From the NCBI GenBank assembly GCA_003971905.1, contig RSEE01000031.1:124001-188000 (forward strand): DNA of 64,000 nucleotides, given 5' to 3'. Each line of letters starts with the position of its first letter. Positions within the stretch are counted from its first letter, which is position 1. This document shows, piece by piece, positions 63,746 to 64,000 of this stretch. This DNA comes from Moniliella sp. 'wahieum' (Eukaryota). The notes below the pieces were generated by a model that ran no database searches, was not told where the DNA came from, and worked only from the letters and a program-made list of their open reading frames with translations. The position numbers were made by a program, and so were the translations under genes.

Positions 63746-64000
63746 GAGAGGTACGGGAATGCCCGGGGAATGAGAAAGCGCGAAGAGAGACACGGCGGAT
63801 GAGTGCGGGGAGCGGGGGGGGGCGCTGAGAGTGAGTGCGAGAGGGTATTGTGGTGCCGCACGCACTGTACTTGGTACTGATGCTGTGCGATGCAGCAGGC
63901 CGTTCCCAAGGCTCCCGCTATAGTAGCTAGTGAGTGCTCAGCCACGGCCTCAGCGCGGCTGGCGGCGACACAAGGCAGCAGCCCTGCCGCCTGCCACTCG

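Noticed and set aside
1..64000. Hundreds of ORF-track entries antisense to or overlapping real genes
   Set aside because: Expected in GC-rich DNA with few stop codons. They shadow recognisable genes or lack any motif.

Overview
Eukaryotic, GC-rich fungal DNA, most consistent with a basidiomycete of the Ustilaginomycotina: few short introns with GTACGT/GTATGT donors, CTRAC branch sites and YAG acceptors. About 21 protein-coding loci are recognisable: Eos1-like, a DHA1 MFS transporter, a GbsA-type betaine aldehyde dehydrogenase, CET1, RPS1, SAD1, TMEM14, GPI13-like, an orphan ORF, KAP123-like, cytochrome b561, GND1, an ACAA2-type thiolase, PRM10, a small membrane protein, an atypical Rab, MSE1, NFS1, CK2 alpha, MAPEG and a TauD/JLP1 dioxygenase. 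A degenerate tRNA-Leu-like copy is also present. Nearly every gene, essential ones included, carries single-base frameshifts, which points to unpolished long-read consensus errors, so gene ends are approximate. The most unusual signal is non-coding. The long intergenic spacers are filled with 7-bp-periodic arrays of the form TNA-[4-bp palindrome]-TNA, and all 12 G/C-containing 4-bp palindromes occur as spacers, suggesting a symmetry-generating DNA process. Other candidates are a GPI13 homologue with substituted metal ligands, a Rab with a degenerate G3 motif and no prenylation site, a possibly bacterium-derived ALDH, and a possible intronic H/ACA snoRNA. All family assignments come from recalled motifs; no database search was run.
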